DNA of 60,707 bases, filler included, from Gonapodya sp. JEL0774 (Eukaryota): assembly GCA_027604505.1 (NCBI GenBank). It is 11 parts of 11 records of this genome, joined end to end, with 100 filler letters (N's around TTAATTAATTAA, not from the genome) between each part and the next. Parts side by side here need not be neighbours in the genome. Positions count along the whole stretch, not along the records: positions 1 to 5,471 come from JADIIX010000717.1; positions 5,572 to 11,030 come from JADIIX010000718.1; 9 more parts are not named here. One strand, 5' to 3'. Below the pieces are notes generated by a model. It saw only the letters and a list, made by a program, of their open reading frames with translations. It did no database searches and had not been told where the DNA came from. The translations under genes were made by a program, and so were the position numbers. Every line of letters begins with the position of its first letter. Position 1 is the stretch's first letter. Of the stretch, positions 1-11,130 are shown one piece after another.

Positions 1-781
1 GAGCGCACATGAACCCGAAAGAAAACTTTTGGGAGCTTGTAGGAGAGACCTGATTTACGGTACGGAAGGATACAAAGTCCATTGTTGAGAAGAAGCATGC
101 ATGTGGGCTCAGCCGGCGTGAATGGTCCATAAATGTACATCAAGGAATGTAACATGAAGGCACAAGGCCTCGCCTCACGGCATTCTGTAATTGTAGTCAG
201 AATGTCAGAATCTTGAAGGCAGAGTACTAATCTGTAATGTTTTCGAGGATATGAAATGAAACCCTGGCAAACGAATGCAAGCTCAACAATTACCATATGG
301 TAGAGCACTTACATATAATCTTGACTTTAAGATTCCCAAGTGAAGTGAGTAAAGTGATGTCTCCCTGCCGTTATCACATGCAGTGAGCAAGGGGACAAAA
401 GCAATGTGCGGAGCACCCAGTCGGAGCGCAAGGTCTCTTTGTAACCGAATACACCCACTCTCCAGGTTTACATTTTGGGACAAAGCGGGACTTTCCGTGT
501 CGTGAAAGAACTTTTATACCATTCATACTGTGGGTGCTCTTTACGCTAACGCGAACCAAGTCGCGCTTTCGCGATGATTCCAGTTTCGTCATCTGCGCCA
601 GTTTCTTTCCACGATGTTCGGATTCACGGGATGCTTTGCACCCCAAAATGGTCGTGCTGCTATCGGCGAGCTTCCTTGAGGATTCTCTGTGACCGTCATT
701 CGTTGACTTCCGTAATGTCGATTTAACCCTTCTCCTCCACATGTCCATCTCCATATCTCTTGATTCAAGCGCATCTGCACG

Positions 782-3700
782 ATGCCTCCCGCTCCGAAAT
801 ACGACCTCGAGTACCCACCAGACTCGGCCAACAAGACCCCCGAGCAATATGCCAAAATCAAGAATCAAGGCGTTTTACTACCTGGAACCGGAACGGCCAC
901 CGCGACACGTGAGAGCCGACACTCCACCAATTGACATTTTTAGATAAGAAAAAATGACGAATTCTCTGCTCTCTTTGCGTTCTTGCCCGTCCTCGACATC
1001 CTCGAACCTCCTGGCCGGGTCTGACAGCGATCATAAGGTCCGCCCTTTACCCAGACGCACTCATCAAAGGATGGCCCGACACGAAAACACTCTATGATGT
1101 TTTCCAAAAGGGTGGACTCAAAATCTGTCCAGTCGGTCTCGAGATTGTTTCTCCTCACTTTCTCCACACTAATTCACTACACATTCACCAAACCTGAAAC
1201 AGGACGACCCATACCTGGGCCATCGCCCCTTCACTCTCTCGTCCGACCCCACCAATCCGACCAAGCTTATCAAAACATGGGGTGGCTATGTCTGGCGCAC
1301 ATATCGCCAGGCTGCCGAGGAAATCGACAATGTCGGATCAGCCTTGGTTGCTCTAAGGCAGAAACTCACGGGGAAGCGCGGTGGTCAATGGTGCTTCGGA
1401 ATCTACGCTGTTAACAGACCGGAGTGGATCATCGCAGAACAGGCGAGCTACGCGTACAATGCCATCACTACTGTCCTGTGAGATTTTGTCAGTCACTGCC
1501 GTGAACGATGAGTTTATAAATATGATCTATTCTTCAAAGCTACGACACGCTGGGTGCTGATGTTGTCGAGTACATTGTCAACCACGCCGAAGCGGAGATT
1601 GTAGTCACATCAACTGACAAGATTGCCGGTCTGCTCAAGATTGCGAGCAAAATGCCCGTCATGAAGGTCCGTTTTCGGTCTTTGTACCAAAAGTATTCAG
1701 GTATGGAACCCAAAAACGTTCCATCTCCATCATCAGGCCATCATTTCCATGGATTCTCTGGATAGTGAGGCGGGTGCCGCCCTTCGCGCGTGGGCAGCTG
1801 AGAAGAATGTTGTGCTTTTGGACTGGCCCGAGGCAATTGCATTGGGAAAGGCGAACAAGTAAGTGTCTCCACTATTTCTTGGAGTGTTGTGTACCGTCGC
1901 TCTGATATGACAAATCATCTTTCCACCAAAGAGCGCCTCACACTCCTCCATCTGCGGATGATTTAGTCACGATTTGCTACACGTCGGGAGTATGTTACAT
2001 CTCCGTTCAAATGAGAAGTATGGCCATCTCTGATTGCATTCCGGCCACCTTCGCAGACCACCGGCCTTCCCAAAGGCGTGATGCTCAGCCACGAGAATAT
2101 GGTCTGCTCACTACGAGCCTCGGCCCTTGCGGGAAGTGGATTCCGGAGGGATGACACCTACATTAGTTATGTGAGTGCGATAATCACTTTTGGAGGAGAC
2201 ACCTGCATGATTTGGGAAAACGTACTGACTGGCAAGACGTTTCTCTGTGAATTTGCAATTGATGCAGCTGCCCTTGGCGCATATCGTGAGTTTACCAAAA
2301 TAATTCATCAAAGAGATAAGGTGATGAGAACTGACTCCAGATCAAAAGTACGAACGGTTAGTGATCCAGAACATCCCGCTAGTCGGGGGGAAAGTCGGTT
2401 TCTTCAGAGGTGACGGTAAGGTTGTTGTGTTCCCCAGCACCATCAAAAATCGGCACAAACTTCACTCAGATATTTCCGTGTCACAAAGTCCTCCTGCTAA
2501 TTGAAGACCTTGGAGCCCTCCAGCCGACATTTTTCTGCTCTGTTCCACGTCTTCTCAACCGGATATACGACAAGATTATCGCTGGTGCAACGACCGGTTC
2601 TCCCATAAAGGCGGCGCTCTTCCGCACAGCGCTGAATGCCAAGCTCGCAAATCTCGCTCGCGATGGTACTGTGACTCACCCTCTGTGGGACAGGCTCGTG
2701 TTCAAAAAGGTTCAGCAGGTGATTGGTGGAAAGGTACGACAGATTGTTTCGGGAAGTGCTCCAATTGGACCGGACGTGCTTGCTTTCCTGAGGGTCGCAT
2801 TTGCTTGTACGGTGGTTGAAGGGTGAGTACCGGCTGATTTTGTAAGGTCAAACTTCCCAGGTACTTAACAGGACCCCTGCAACCTGTTCCCTTTAGATAC
2901 GGGCAGACCGGTTAGTAATTTCGAGAGTTCGACGACTGCTTTGGAAGTTTCACCTATTGATGTTCTGGAATCTAGAATCGACGGCGCTGGGGTTCATCAC
3001 TTGGCCTAGTGACATGACAAGAGGGCATCTTGGACCGCCGGCTCCCGCCATGGAAGCAAGACTCATATCGATCCCAGAGATGAATTACAACGTGACAGAC
3101 AAGGTATAAAGAATCCTTATTGCAAGAGTGTCACACATTTCTTGCTGTTTCATTCATCAACATTCAACGATTTCCATAGCCATTCCCGCGGGGTGAAATT
3201 GCCATGCGCGGCAACAATGTCACAAAAGGGTACTGGAAGGATGTTAAGAAGACACGAGAGTTGTTTACGGAGGACGGCTTCATGCTCACAGGAGATGTGG
3301 GCGTGTTGGACGACAGAGGCAGGGTTTCGATTATCGACCGGAAGAAGAAGTGAGTTGTCCTATCCTCCGCACACTGTGAGTTGGATGCAAAAATGAGCGC
3401 TCCGTCTCATCGTTGCAGCATCTTCAAGCTTTCGCAGGGTGAATATGTGAGTTTCGGTATAGCTTCTCAATTTGCACGCTATAAGACGAAGTATCCCCTT
3501 CACATTTATCCCGGCATAGGTGGCTCCCGAGAAGATCGAACAAGTCTACCAAAAGAGCGACTACGTTGCCCAGATTTTTGTTCACGGAGACTCTCTCAAG
3601 GTCAACCTCCCATGTCTAATCGTATCAATTGCTGCTGTCTAACTTCGTCATTTTACCTCTCAGAATGAGCTCGTTGCAGTAGTCGTTCCTGACTTTGAAG

Positions 3701-4070
3701 TTGTTCTCCCCCTTGCTGCCAAGCGTGGTTGGGGCTCCTCTCCCCAAGAAATTACTCGCAACAACGCGTTCAAGAAGTTTGTCCTGGATGACATGGACAA
3801 AGTCGGAAAGGCTGCCAGTCTGCGAGGTTTCGAGTTTGTCAAGGCCATTCACTTGGAGCCAGAGCTTTTCTCTATCGACAACGGCATGCTAACCCCCACC
3901 CAGAAGGTAAAACGACCGGAGGCAAAGGTAAGGGGGACCCAAGGTTTCGGCTCTTTAGTGTTCGTGCATTAAATGTAGTCCTTTTGCACTTTCAGGAGAA
4001 GTATCAACGGGAGATCGCACAATGCTACGAAGAAATCGAATCGCGACCGCAAGCTCCATCCAAGTTGTGA
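782..4070 (+). CDS. Long-chain fatty acyl-CoA synthetase (AMP-binding, FAA2/LACS type), multi-exon, peroxisomal PTS1
   Basis: Spliced translation [11 protein letters not shown]...; [23 protein letters not shown]-binding motif, [61 protein letters not shown]; ends ...PQAPSKL* (TGA 4068-4070). GT-AG introns throughout. Confidence 0.93.
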
Positions 4071-4206
4071 GACTTCCTCCCGTAGCAATGTCGAAACTTT
4101 CGGACGGCCGTGCGTCCATGATATGATTGGCAAATGTACTCAACAAACACTTGTATTCAATATACATCCCAGATGTGATACACAAGTGCATTGTTTCACA
4201 AATTGT

Positions 4207-5471
4207 TTACATTCTAAAGACGCCGAACCGAGATTGCTCCGTCGGCTTGTTCATTGCAATCGACATTGCAAGCGCCAGTACTTTGCGAGTATCCGCTGGA
4301 TCGATGACGCCGTCGTCCCAGAGCCTTGAACGATCATTCATTATCACGTGAGATCACTGCGCGGACTCACCACATAGTCTGCGGCCTTACCTTGAGCTTG
4401 CGAAGTAGGGGTGAGCCTCAGCCTCGTATCGCTCTCGAATGGGCTGTTTGAACTTCTCTTCTGCCTCCGTCGGCCAATTCTCCCCACGCTTGGCCTTGGC
4501 GTCCCTGGTCACTAGTGATTTGGGATTGAAATGTCAAATCAATATGATGTTGACCACTCTTGCCCGATGAAGATCCACGTCGAGTGGGAAATACAACCCA
4601 CCTTGCGCTAGCACACCTGCCGCTTGCTCTCCTCCCATGACCCCGATCCTCGCATTGGGCCACATCCACATGAAACGGGGCCCGAAAGCTCTACCACACA
4701 TTCCGTAGTTCCCCGCACCAAACGACCCACCGATAATGACGCTGAACTTCGGTACTCTCGCCGTGGATACCGCGGTTACCAACTTCGCACCATGCTTTGC
4801 GATTCCCGATGCTTCGGCGGCTTTACCGACCATGAAACCGGTGATGTTTTGCAGGAACAAGAGGGGGACGTTGCGCTGAGAGCAAAGTTCGATAAAGTGG
4901 GCACCCTTGACCGAGGACTCTGCGAACAGGATCCCGTCGTTGGCGATGATGCCTATGGGCATGCCGTGGATGCGGGCAAAACCTGAAGTCAAACGTTAGG
5001 ATCTCAGAAAACAATTCCTTGCAAAGCAGAATAGGCAAACTTCAGCCTCTTCATCAAGCACTTACCGCACTTGAGTGTGGGGCCATAAAACTCTTTGAAC
5101 TCCACCCATCGACTCCCGTCAACTAGTCGCGCAATAACCTGCTTGACGTCAAACCCTCGCCGTCCCTCCCCGCCAACAATACCGCCGATCTCGTTGATGT
5201 TATACAGTGGATCAACAGGCGGCGCGAGGGAGGTCTCCGAGCCTAGAGGGGTGAAGTGTGAGTGAGCAGATGGAAAAGGTGCTCGTCGGCGGTTAAGTGA
5301 GGCCACGATGCGTCTGGTGATCGACAGGGCATGCTGGTCGGACGTAGCCAAATGATCTGTCACACCCGAAATTTTCGAGTGGACGTCCCCGCCTCCAAGT
5401 TCCTCGGCCGTGACGATCTCGCCTGTGGCTGCCCGGACGAGTGGCGGGCCACCGAGAAAAATGGTTCCCTG
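4207..5471 (-). CDS. MCCC2: 3-methylcrotonyl-CoA carboxylase beta (carboxyltransferase) subunit, 5'-truncated by contig end
   Basis: [95 protein letters not shown]-terminal FGVFRM* (TAA 4209-4207). Confidence 0.93.
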
Positions 5472-5571
5472 NNNNNNNNNNNNNNNNNNNNNNNNNNNNN
5501 NNNNNNNNNNNNNNNTTAATTAATTAANNNNNNNNNNNNNNNNNNNNNNNNNNNNNNNNNNNNNNNNNNNN
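5472..5571. other. Artificial contig-joining spacer
   Basis: N44-TTAATTAATTAA-N44, 100 nt, stops in all six frames. Confidence 0.98.
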
Positions 5572-5641
5572 GCAGTCTCATATTGTATAGCCATTAGGGA
5601 AGGCGATGTACACAAGTAAAATTCATGGGATAAGTAATCAG

Positions 5642-8600
5642 TTATGATTTCAATACCTCTTCAACAACCCGCTCAACAGTCTCGATCACCCCATTTACTT
5701 TCATGCTCTCTCGTGCCCGCTTAGTCCTTTTCTCATCGAACCCCAAGTCCCAGATAAGCATCTTCGATATTGCGTCCCCCCGAACTAATCGAAATATTGA
5801 GCTCTTGTCCACCATTATCTTCTCAGGTTCCATTACGAGGAACGGTCCACGAGAGGTTGCCTCCACAATTTCAAAGCCTCCGCCACGCCAGATGTCTTTG
5901 ACACTCACGTCAGAGTTCATTGCCTCCAATCTCTTCACAAGGCTCTGCGACGTCATCTCCCCGCTGCCCCAGGGCCCACCGACGGACTTTGCCATGGCCT
6001 CACTGACTGCCCATGCCCGTTCTCGAGAATATCCCGCTTCGACCAAAGGATCAATGAACGATGATTGAATGTTGCGTTGCTCTAGAAGGAAAGTGAGAGC
6101 TGTACTGATGGGAACATCCGAACCAGATGCTCCTCGCCGGGGTTGTTGTGGGCCGGTGTGCTGCGAGACAGAAGAGTCTTGCGAAGACGCTATGTGCGAA
6201 CTAATAAACCGTGTTGCACGCTTCAAAGTTGCGATTCCGCGTGGTGGGAAGCTGGAGAGCTCGAATTCCGGCGGATTCGGCCCCTTCATATGCCGAGACG
6301 GACGGCTGGTAGAAGAGCCTTCAGGAACGGTATAGAACATGCCGGACTTCTGCTCAAGGGATCTTTCCTCCACATACTCGCGATCCGCGACAGTCATGGT
6401 TGCAATCTCAACTCCAAATTCAATATATACCAAATCTCGCAGCTCTCGCACGAAAGCCCAACCACCACTACTTCCCAAGAGGAACGCTTTGTAGCGTCCT
6501 CGCCCTTTAGTGGTGTCTGTCCAATTGTGCGGGTATAGTGGGATGACGCCCGCGCCTTAGGAATGTCAATTCAAAGATGAATACGTTATTGATCAAGAGC
6601 AATCAAGAGCAACGTCAATTTGTTGCAGCTCACCATCTTCGTATTGCGTTCGAACCTGAACGTAGGCCCGATCCTTTGTACTCAATTCATTTAAGGGAAC
6701 ATTGCATTCCTCTTCTCCGTGCTTGCACAACACAACATGGTCTCCACTCCAGCCGTTCTTTTCAAATCGACGCCATTCGGCCGAGAAAGAATTTGGGGTA
6801 CCTTTACCGAAATGGTACAGAATCGGGTAAGGAGCCTGAGCAGCACCAGCTCGCATGAGGGAAGTTGCATCAACGCCCCTTTCCTTCTGAACCGAGATAA
6901 TCTTTGTGGTTGTTGCGCTCCGAGGGGCGGGAGTCTCTTCGGCACGTTGCTCCCGATAGTGCCTTGCGAGCCAGATTGGTCGAACATCCGCCCGGGTTGT
7001 TGGGTCCGGATCCAAATTCAGACCAAGGAACTTTGGTGAGACAGCATTTGTCGCACTTGACGTCTTGCGAGATTGAATGCTTTCCGGCCCAGGAGGAGGA
7101 AAGACAGCACCATTGTCAGGTCTGGATCCTTCCTTTACGACCGGGACAACCTTTATCTTCCCAGCCTTGACTCTATTAGGATCCACAGAAAGAGCGACAG
7201 GAGGCGGATTTTCTGGTTGAGAGAAGGGTTCAGGTTCGTCATCCGGCAGTCGAGCGGTACTGTGCGACGTCTCAATCGGTGGTGGTGGTAAATCTCTCTC
7301 CAGTGAACGAGCACTATCGTTATTTAAAATGCGATCCCCGTAAAAGTTTGGAGAAGCTGAAGGGGCTGCAGCAGGTGGAACGGTGTTGGGAACAGGATTA
7401 TACGGAAGGGGTTTCATGGTATCCGCTGCGCGAGGTGAAACTCTTGCAGCCGCTGAGCGCATGGGTGGTAACTGAGGTGGGGCGTCTGCAACCGATTCAC
7501 GCCGCAACTCGGAGTCTTTAGGTTTCTTCCCGAATACGTTGGACATTTTTCCCAGTAGTCCTTTGCGTCGATTGTCCGGCTCCTGAACAGCTCGACTGTC
7601 CCCAGCTGAATAGCTCGATCCCTGTACCGACGGTTTGACCGTTCGTTCGGGAACTGGAAGGATTGCTCTCATCGAAGAAGGCTGATACTCATTAATGACT
7701 AGGCTCTTCAGACTTGGCTTTGCCTTTGGAATTTTCCAGGCAACTACCCTCAGTGCTTCAGCGGGAACGTATCCAACTTCAACGCCACCATGAGGGCGGT
7801 CCCGAACACAGCGCCAGCGCAGTGGATCAGTTGAGTCAATCACAGAGAGAATCTCGCCAGGAAAAGCAGCGAGCTCGGTGGGTGACGTGGGCATAATCGG
7901 TCGCACAGCCGAACATGCGCCCGGAACGTATCCAGGAAGAAAGGTGTGTGGGGATCGAGGGAGGACCGGTGACGTTGGGGGTGGTGGTACTTTAGGGGGA
8001 TCCGGGAGCGGCGCCGCCTGTTGAAACAAAAGGGGAATACCAAGATGAAGTGAAAAGAAATCAGTCTTGAAGGAAGATCGGGAAGTGTTTCACGATATCC
8101 CAAACCATTTGTCGCACCACGTTCCACTTTGAGTTTACGTATCTTCCAAGTTCGTGTAGGGAACTCCGATGGAAACCGGAAAGCGCGGGCAAAGAATGCA
8201 TACTCACTTCGATATTCTCCAGGAAATTGGCCGGAACCACACCCCACTCCCGTCCACCACTTGTTCCTTCACCGTATCTGCTGACCACCCACCACTCCAG
8301 CTGCCCAGCGAGATGTATTTGTAAGCGTTCTTCTTTCTGGGCAGAGACTTCATCTGGTCGAGAGGCTGTGTAGTCCCATTTCATGTAACCATAGCCAAGT
8401 AGTGGAAGCTCTTCAATGTACTGGTGGAAATGTGGATAGGGGAAAAGCTGTTGTTGAGGTTCCAGAGCTCCACGAGATGCTCCGAGCAGAATGCGATTGA
8501 ACATCACAAGAGCGACATGCATTGCGACCGTCAAACTCGGGAACCCACACAGTCTCGAGCGTTGGGGTCTTTCTAACGTTTTGTCTCCCGGATGGAGCGA

Positions 8601-8925
8601 CAGAGTCCATTTGCCGTGCAACTCACCGGCATAGGTACTGCCTTCATCGGCACCATTTGAAGGTGCTTCTCATCGCTTGCATCAAAGTCGTCTTTTATGA
8701 ACGATCTGAACGTAGCGGGACAGGACACCACAGTGGTGAGCTCACTCAACTGACTCTCTATTTCATCACAATCCCCCGAATCAACGGTATCACTCACAAA
8801 GACCACCCCTTTCTTGGAGCGTCAGCATGTGTCACCCACAAAAGCTGGCCTTCTGAGACTGAGTGCTCCGTGTCTGAAGCAGCTTTATAGCTGGACAAAA
8901 CTCGGGAGCAGGAAACGAATCGCAT
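5642..8925 (-). CDS. Sla1-like endocytic adaptor: 3 SH3 domains, Pro-rich linker, 2 SHD1-like domains, possible SHD2/SAM-like tail
   Basis: SH3-like segments VLSSYKAASDTEHSVSEGQLLWV..KGW, MKWDYTASRPDEVSAQKEE..EWWVV..GVVPANFLE and AVRPIMPTSPTELAAFPGEIL..RW..GYVPAEAL; SHD1-like SFSAE..VVLCKHG..VPLNELSTKDRAYV and NWTDTTKG..FLLG..VEIATMTVADREYVE; phase-1 intron 6633-6556 joins ORF 6593-8029 to ORF 5642-6478. Start (MRFVSCS, 8925) is tentative. Confidence 0.68.
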
Positions 8926-9142
8926 CCTGGGTGAGCCTGTTTCCTTTGCAGACACTCCGAGGGTAACGTTTCCTGGGTTTCGTCGGACTCTCGGCACCAG
9001 CAGTGTTTTCTGGGAAAATGATCACCACCATAATGATTTGCGGTGCAGCCACTTCAATCAAACGGTGCCGCATGCTAAAAGTATTGAATATAATAAACCC
9101 GATTTTTCGGACAGATTGTAGTAAAAGAACACCAAAAACGAA

Positions 9143-11030
9143 TCACGTCCTGGTGCCCTGTAGCGCTCTTGCAACGAGAATGCTTCGGAGCTCATTAGCA
9201 ACCTCAGAGATATTAGGTCGATCGTCTGGGCGAGAACTCCAGCATCTACGAACTAGGTGTTCCAACGCAGGCGGAAATGTGTCACTCGGTGTTATGGATG
9301 GGCGCAAATCTTCATTGATGATTTTGAGATAAAGAGCATTCTCGTGGATACCATACTCGCTGAAAGGGATCCGACGGGTCCAAATCTAAGCGTTCATATT
9401 TGTTATGGGGAAAGGCTCGGAAATGCGTTGGCTTGACTAACACAAACTCACCCTGTGAATGGTCAGACCAAATGCATAGACGTCAATCGGTTTCGTCACA
9501 CCGCTTCCCATGAGGCGCTCTGGTGCCATATAAATGGCAGTGCCTTGGAGCATAAAGACATGACACGTGCCTATTGAGCCGTGAAAGGCATCACACAAAG
9601 ATCGCCATATAACTATACCTGGTCGGTGCCCTGTACTTGATTCCCTGACTGCTCCTTCCAGTACTTTAGCAAAACCAAAATCTGTCAGGACAGCATTGCC
9701 ACCATCGTCGATGAGAACGTTCGGGGCCTTGATGTCAGCGTGTATAACGTTGCACTGTTCGTGTAAATACTTGATCCCAGCCGCGACATCGTATATCTGT
9801 GAGGAAGGGCGATTTCGAATAATAAGAGGGAGTTAGGTTCTCGCAGCAGACACCATGTGCATCAAGATATTGGGGCCAAGCAAATTACCAGTGGGAGAAC
9901 ATCTGCAGTGGGATTCTTCTCGAGGAATTGAATGATGTGTCCGTTCTTCATGCGCTTCGAGAACATGAATGGTTCCTCACAATCCCAACAGGCTCCCAAC
10001 AAGGGAAGAATGTGAGGATGATAGTGCAGCCGATGCCACGTTGTTACTTCTTGAATAAAGCTCTGAGTGTAAAATTCAAGGCCGCACTCGGCATTCAGCT
10101 TGTCTGATCGGCTTAAGAGCGAAGGAAAAGCTCACGCGCTCCAATGCTGCCTGTTCGGTTTCCTCGGTGATTTTCAGAATCTTGACCGCAACTTCAACGC
10201 CAGCCCAATATCCCAGAAACACATCTGCATAGCTTCCGGCTCCAAGTTTTTGGTCCTTTCGAATGACAATTTGCGCAGGCCCCACTTCCCAAGGCGGGCG
10301 CCGATTCCGAGCTTCGTCACCCTCCGAATCGGATGCAGATGGAGTAGAATTCGAATTAGGTGTCCGCGAACGAGAACGCACATCCAATGCTGGTTCAACG
10401 GGATTGATATCCGTAGACGCTCGCGGTGAAGAACTGCGAGAATCCCGACTCGAAGTGATGGAGTCGGCGAGGCTCTCGAACAGGTCATGAAGGGGGCTTG
10501 GATTTCGATGATGTGCGCGTTCTTGTCTTGGTGTTAGTGGACGCTCCAGCGCTGCCACAAGATTTGCGCCCAGGGCGGCGAGAATATCTCGAAAGGGAAG
10601 GTGCTCCACTTGGAGGAGTCCGCGGCAAAGAGCACCAAGCCATACCTTTACTCACCTCTCTCTCGCTCACTGGTTGGGGAGCTAGTGTTGTAAATTCCAA
10701 CGAACTGGTCATTGACAACCCTTAGTGAGTCAGGGACGACAGTAGATGCCTGGCTCTGTAAGATGTTGTCCGCGGAATGCAGCCGAGTGCTATTTGGAAC
10801 AACTGAGGTAGAGGCTCCTTGACCATTTGTGGAATGACTGGTACTTGTATCGAAATTCGGCGACGAGTGCGCCCGAGCGACTCCAAGAGGCCCTGCGAGA
10901 GCGACAGGAAGACGTTGAAGACGCTCCCAGCGCCAAAGCAGTCTTCGAAATCACTTATCAAGTTGGCATTCGGCTGCATTTAGTGCCTCTGCATTCACGA
11001 CCGCCCCATGCTGAAGGAGGGAATCGAGAA
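9143..11030 (-). CDS. TKL-group protein kinase, multi-exon, 5' end uncertain and probably truncated
   Basis: LGAGSYADVFLG, VAVK, HPHILPLLGAC, IHADIKAPNVL, LTDFGFAK, GTAIYMAPE, DVYAFG, CWSSRPDDRP; stop TGA 9145-9143. Confident coding span 9143-10609; further upstream exons are plausible. Confidence 0.85.
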
Positions 11031-11130
11031 NNNNNNNNNNNNNNNNNNNNNNNNNNNNNNNNNNNNNNNNNNNNTTAATTAATTAANNNNNNNNNNNNNN
11101 NNNNNNNNNNNNNNNNNNNNNNNNNNNNNN
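11031..11130. other. Artificial contig-joining spacer
   Basis: N44-TTAATTAATTAA-N44. Confidence 0.98.

Noticed and set aside
1..600. Possible divergent minus-strand gene upstream of the acyl-CoA synthetase
   Set aside because: Open frames exist but show no recognisable motif or consistent splice model.
8885..9146. Kinase-SH3 fusion through a GT...TTTTAG intron-like stretch (about 9146-9075)
   Set aside because: Splicing it leads into a frame that stops at 8885 and is out of frame with the first SH3. Treated as two genes unless cDNA shows otherwise.
9281..9310. Apparent frameshift in kinase subdomain X-XI
   Set aside because: Re-reading gives a continuous frame DLRPSITPSDTFPPALEHLVRRCW.
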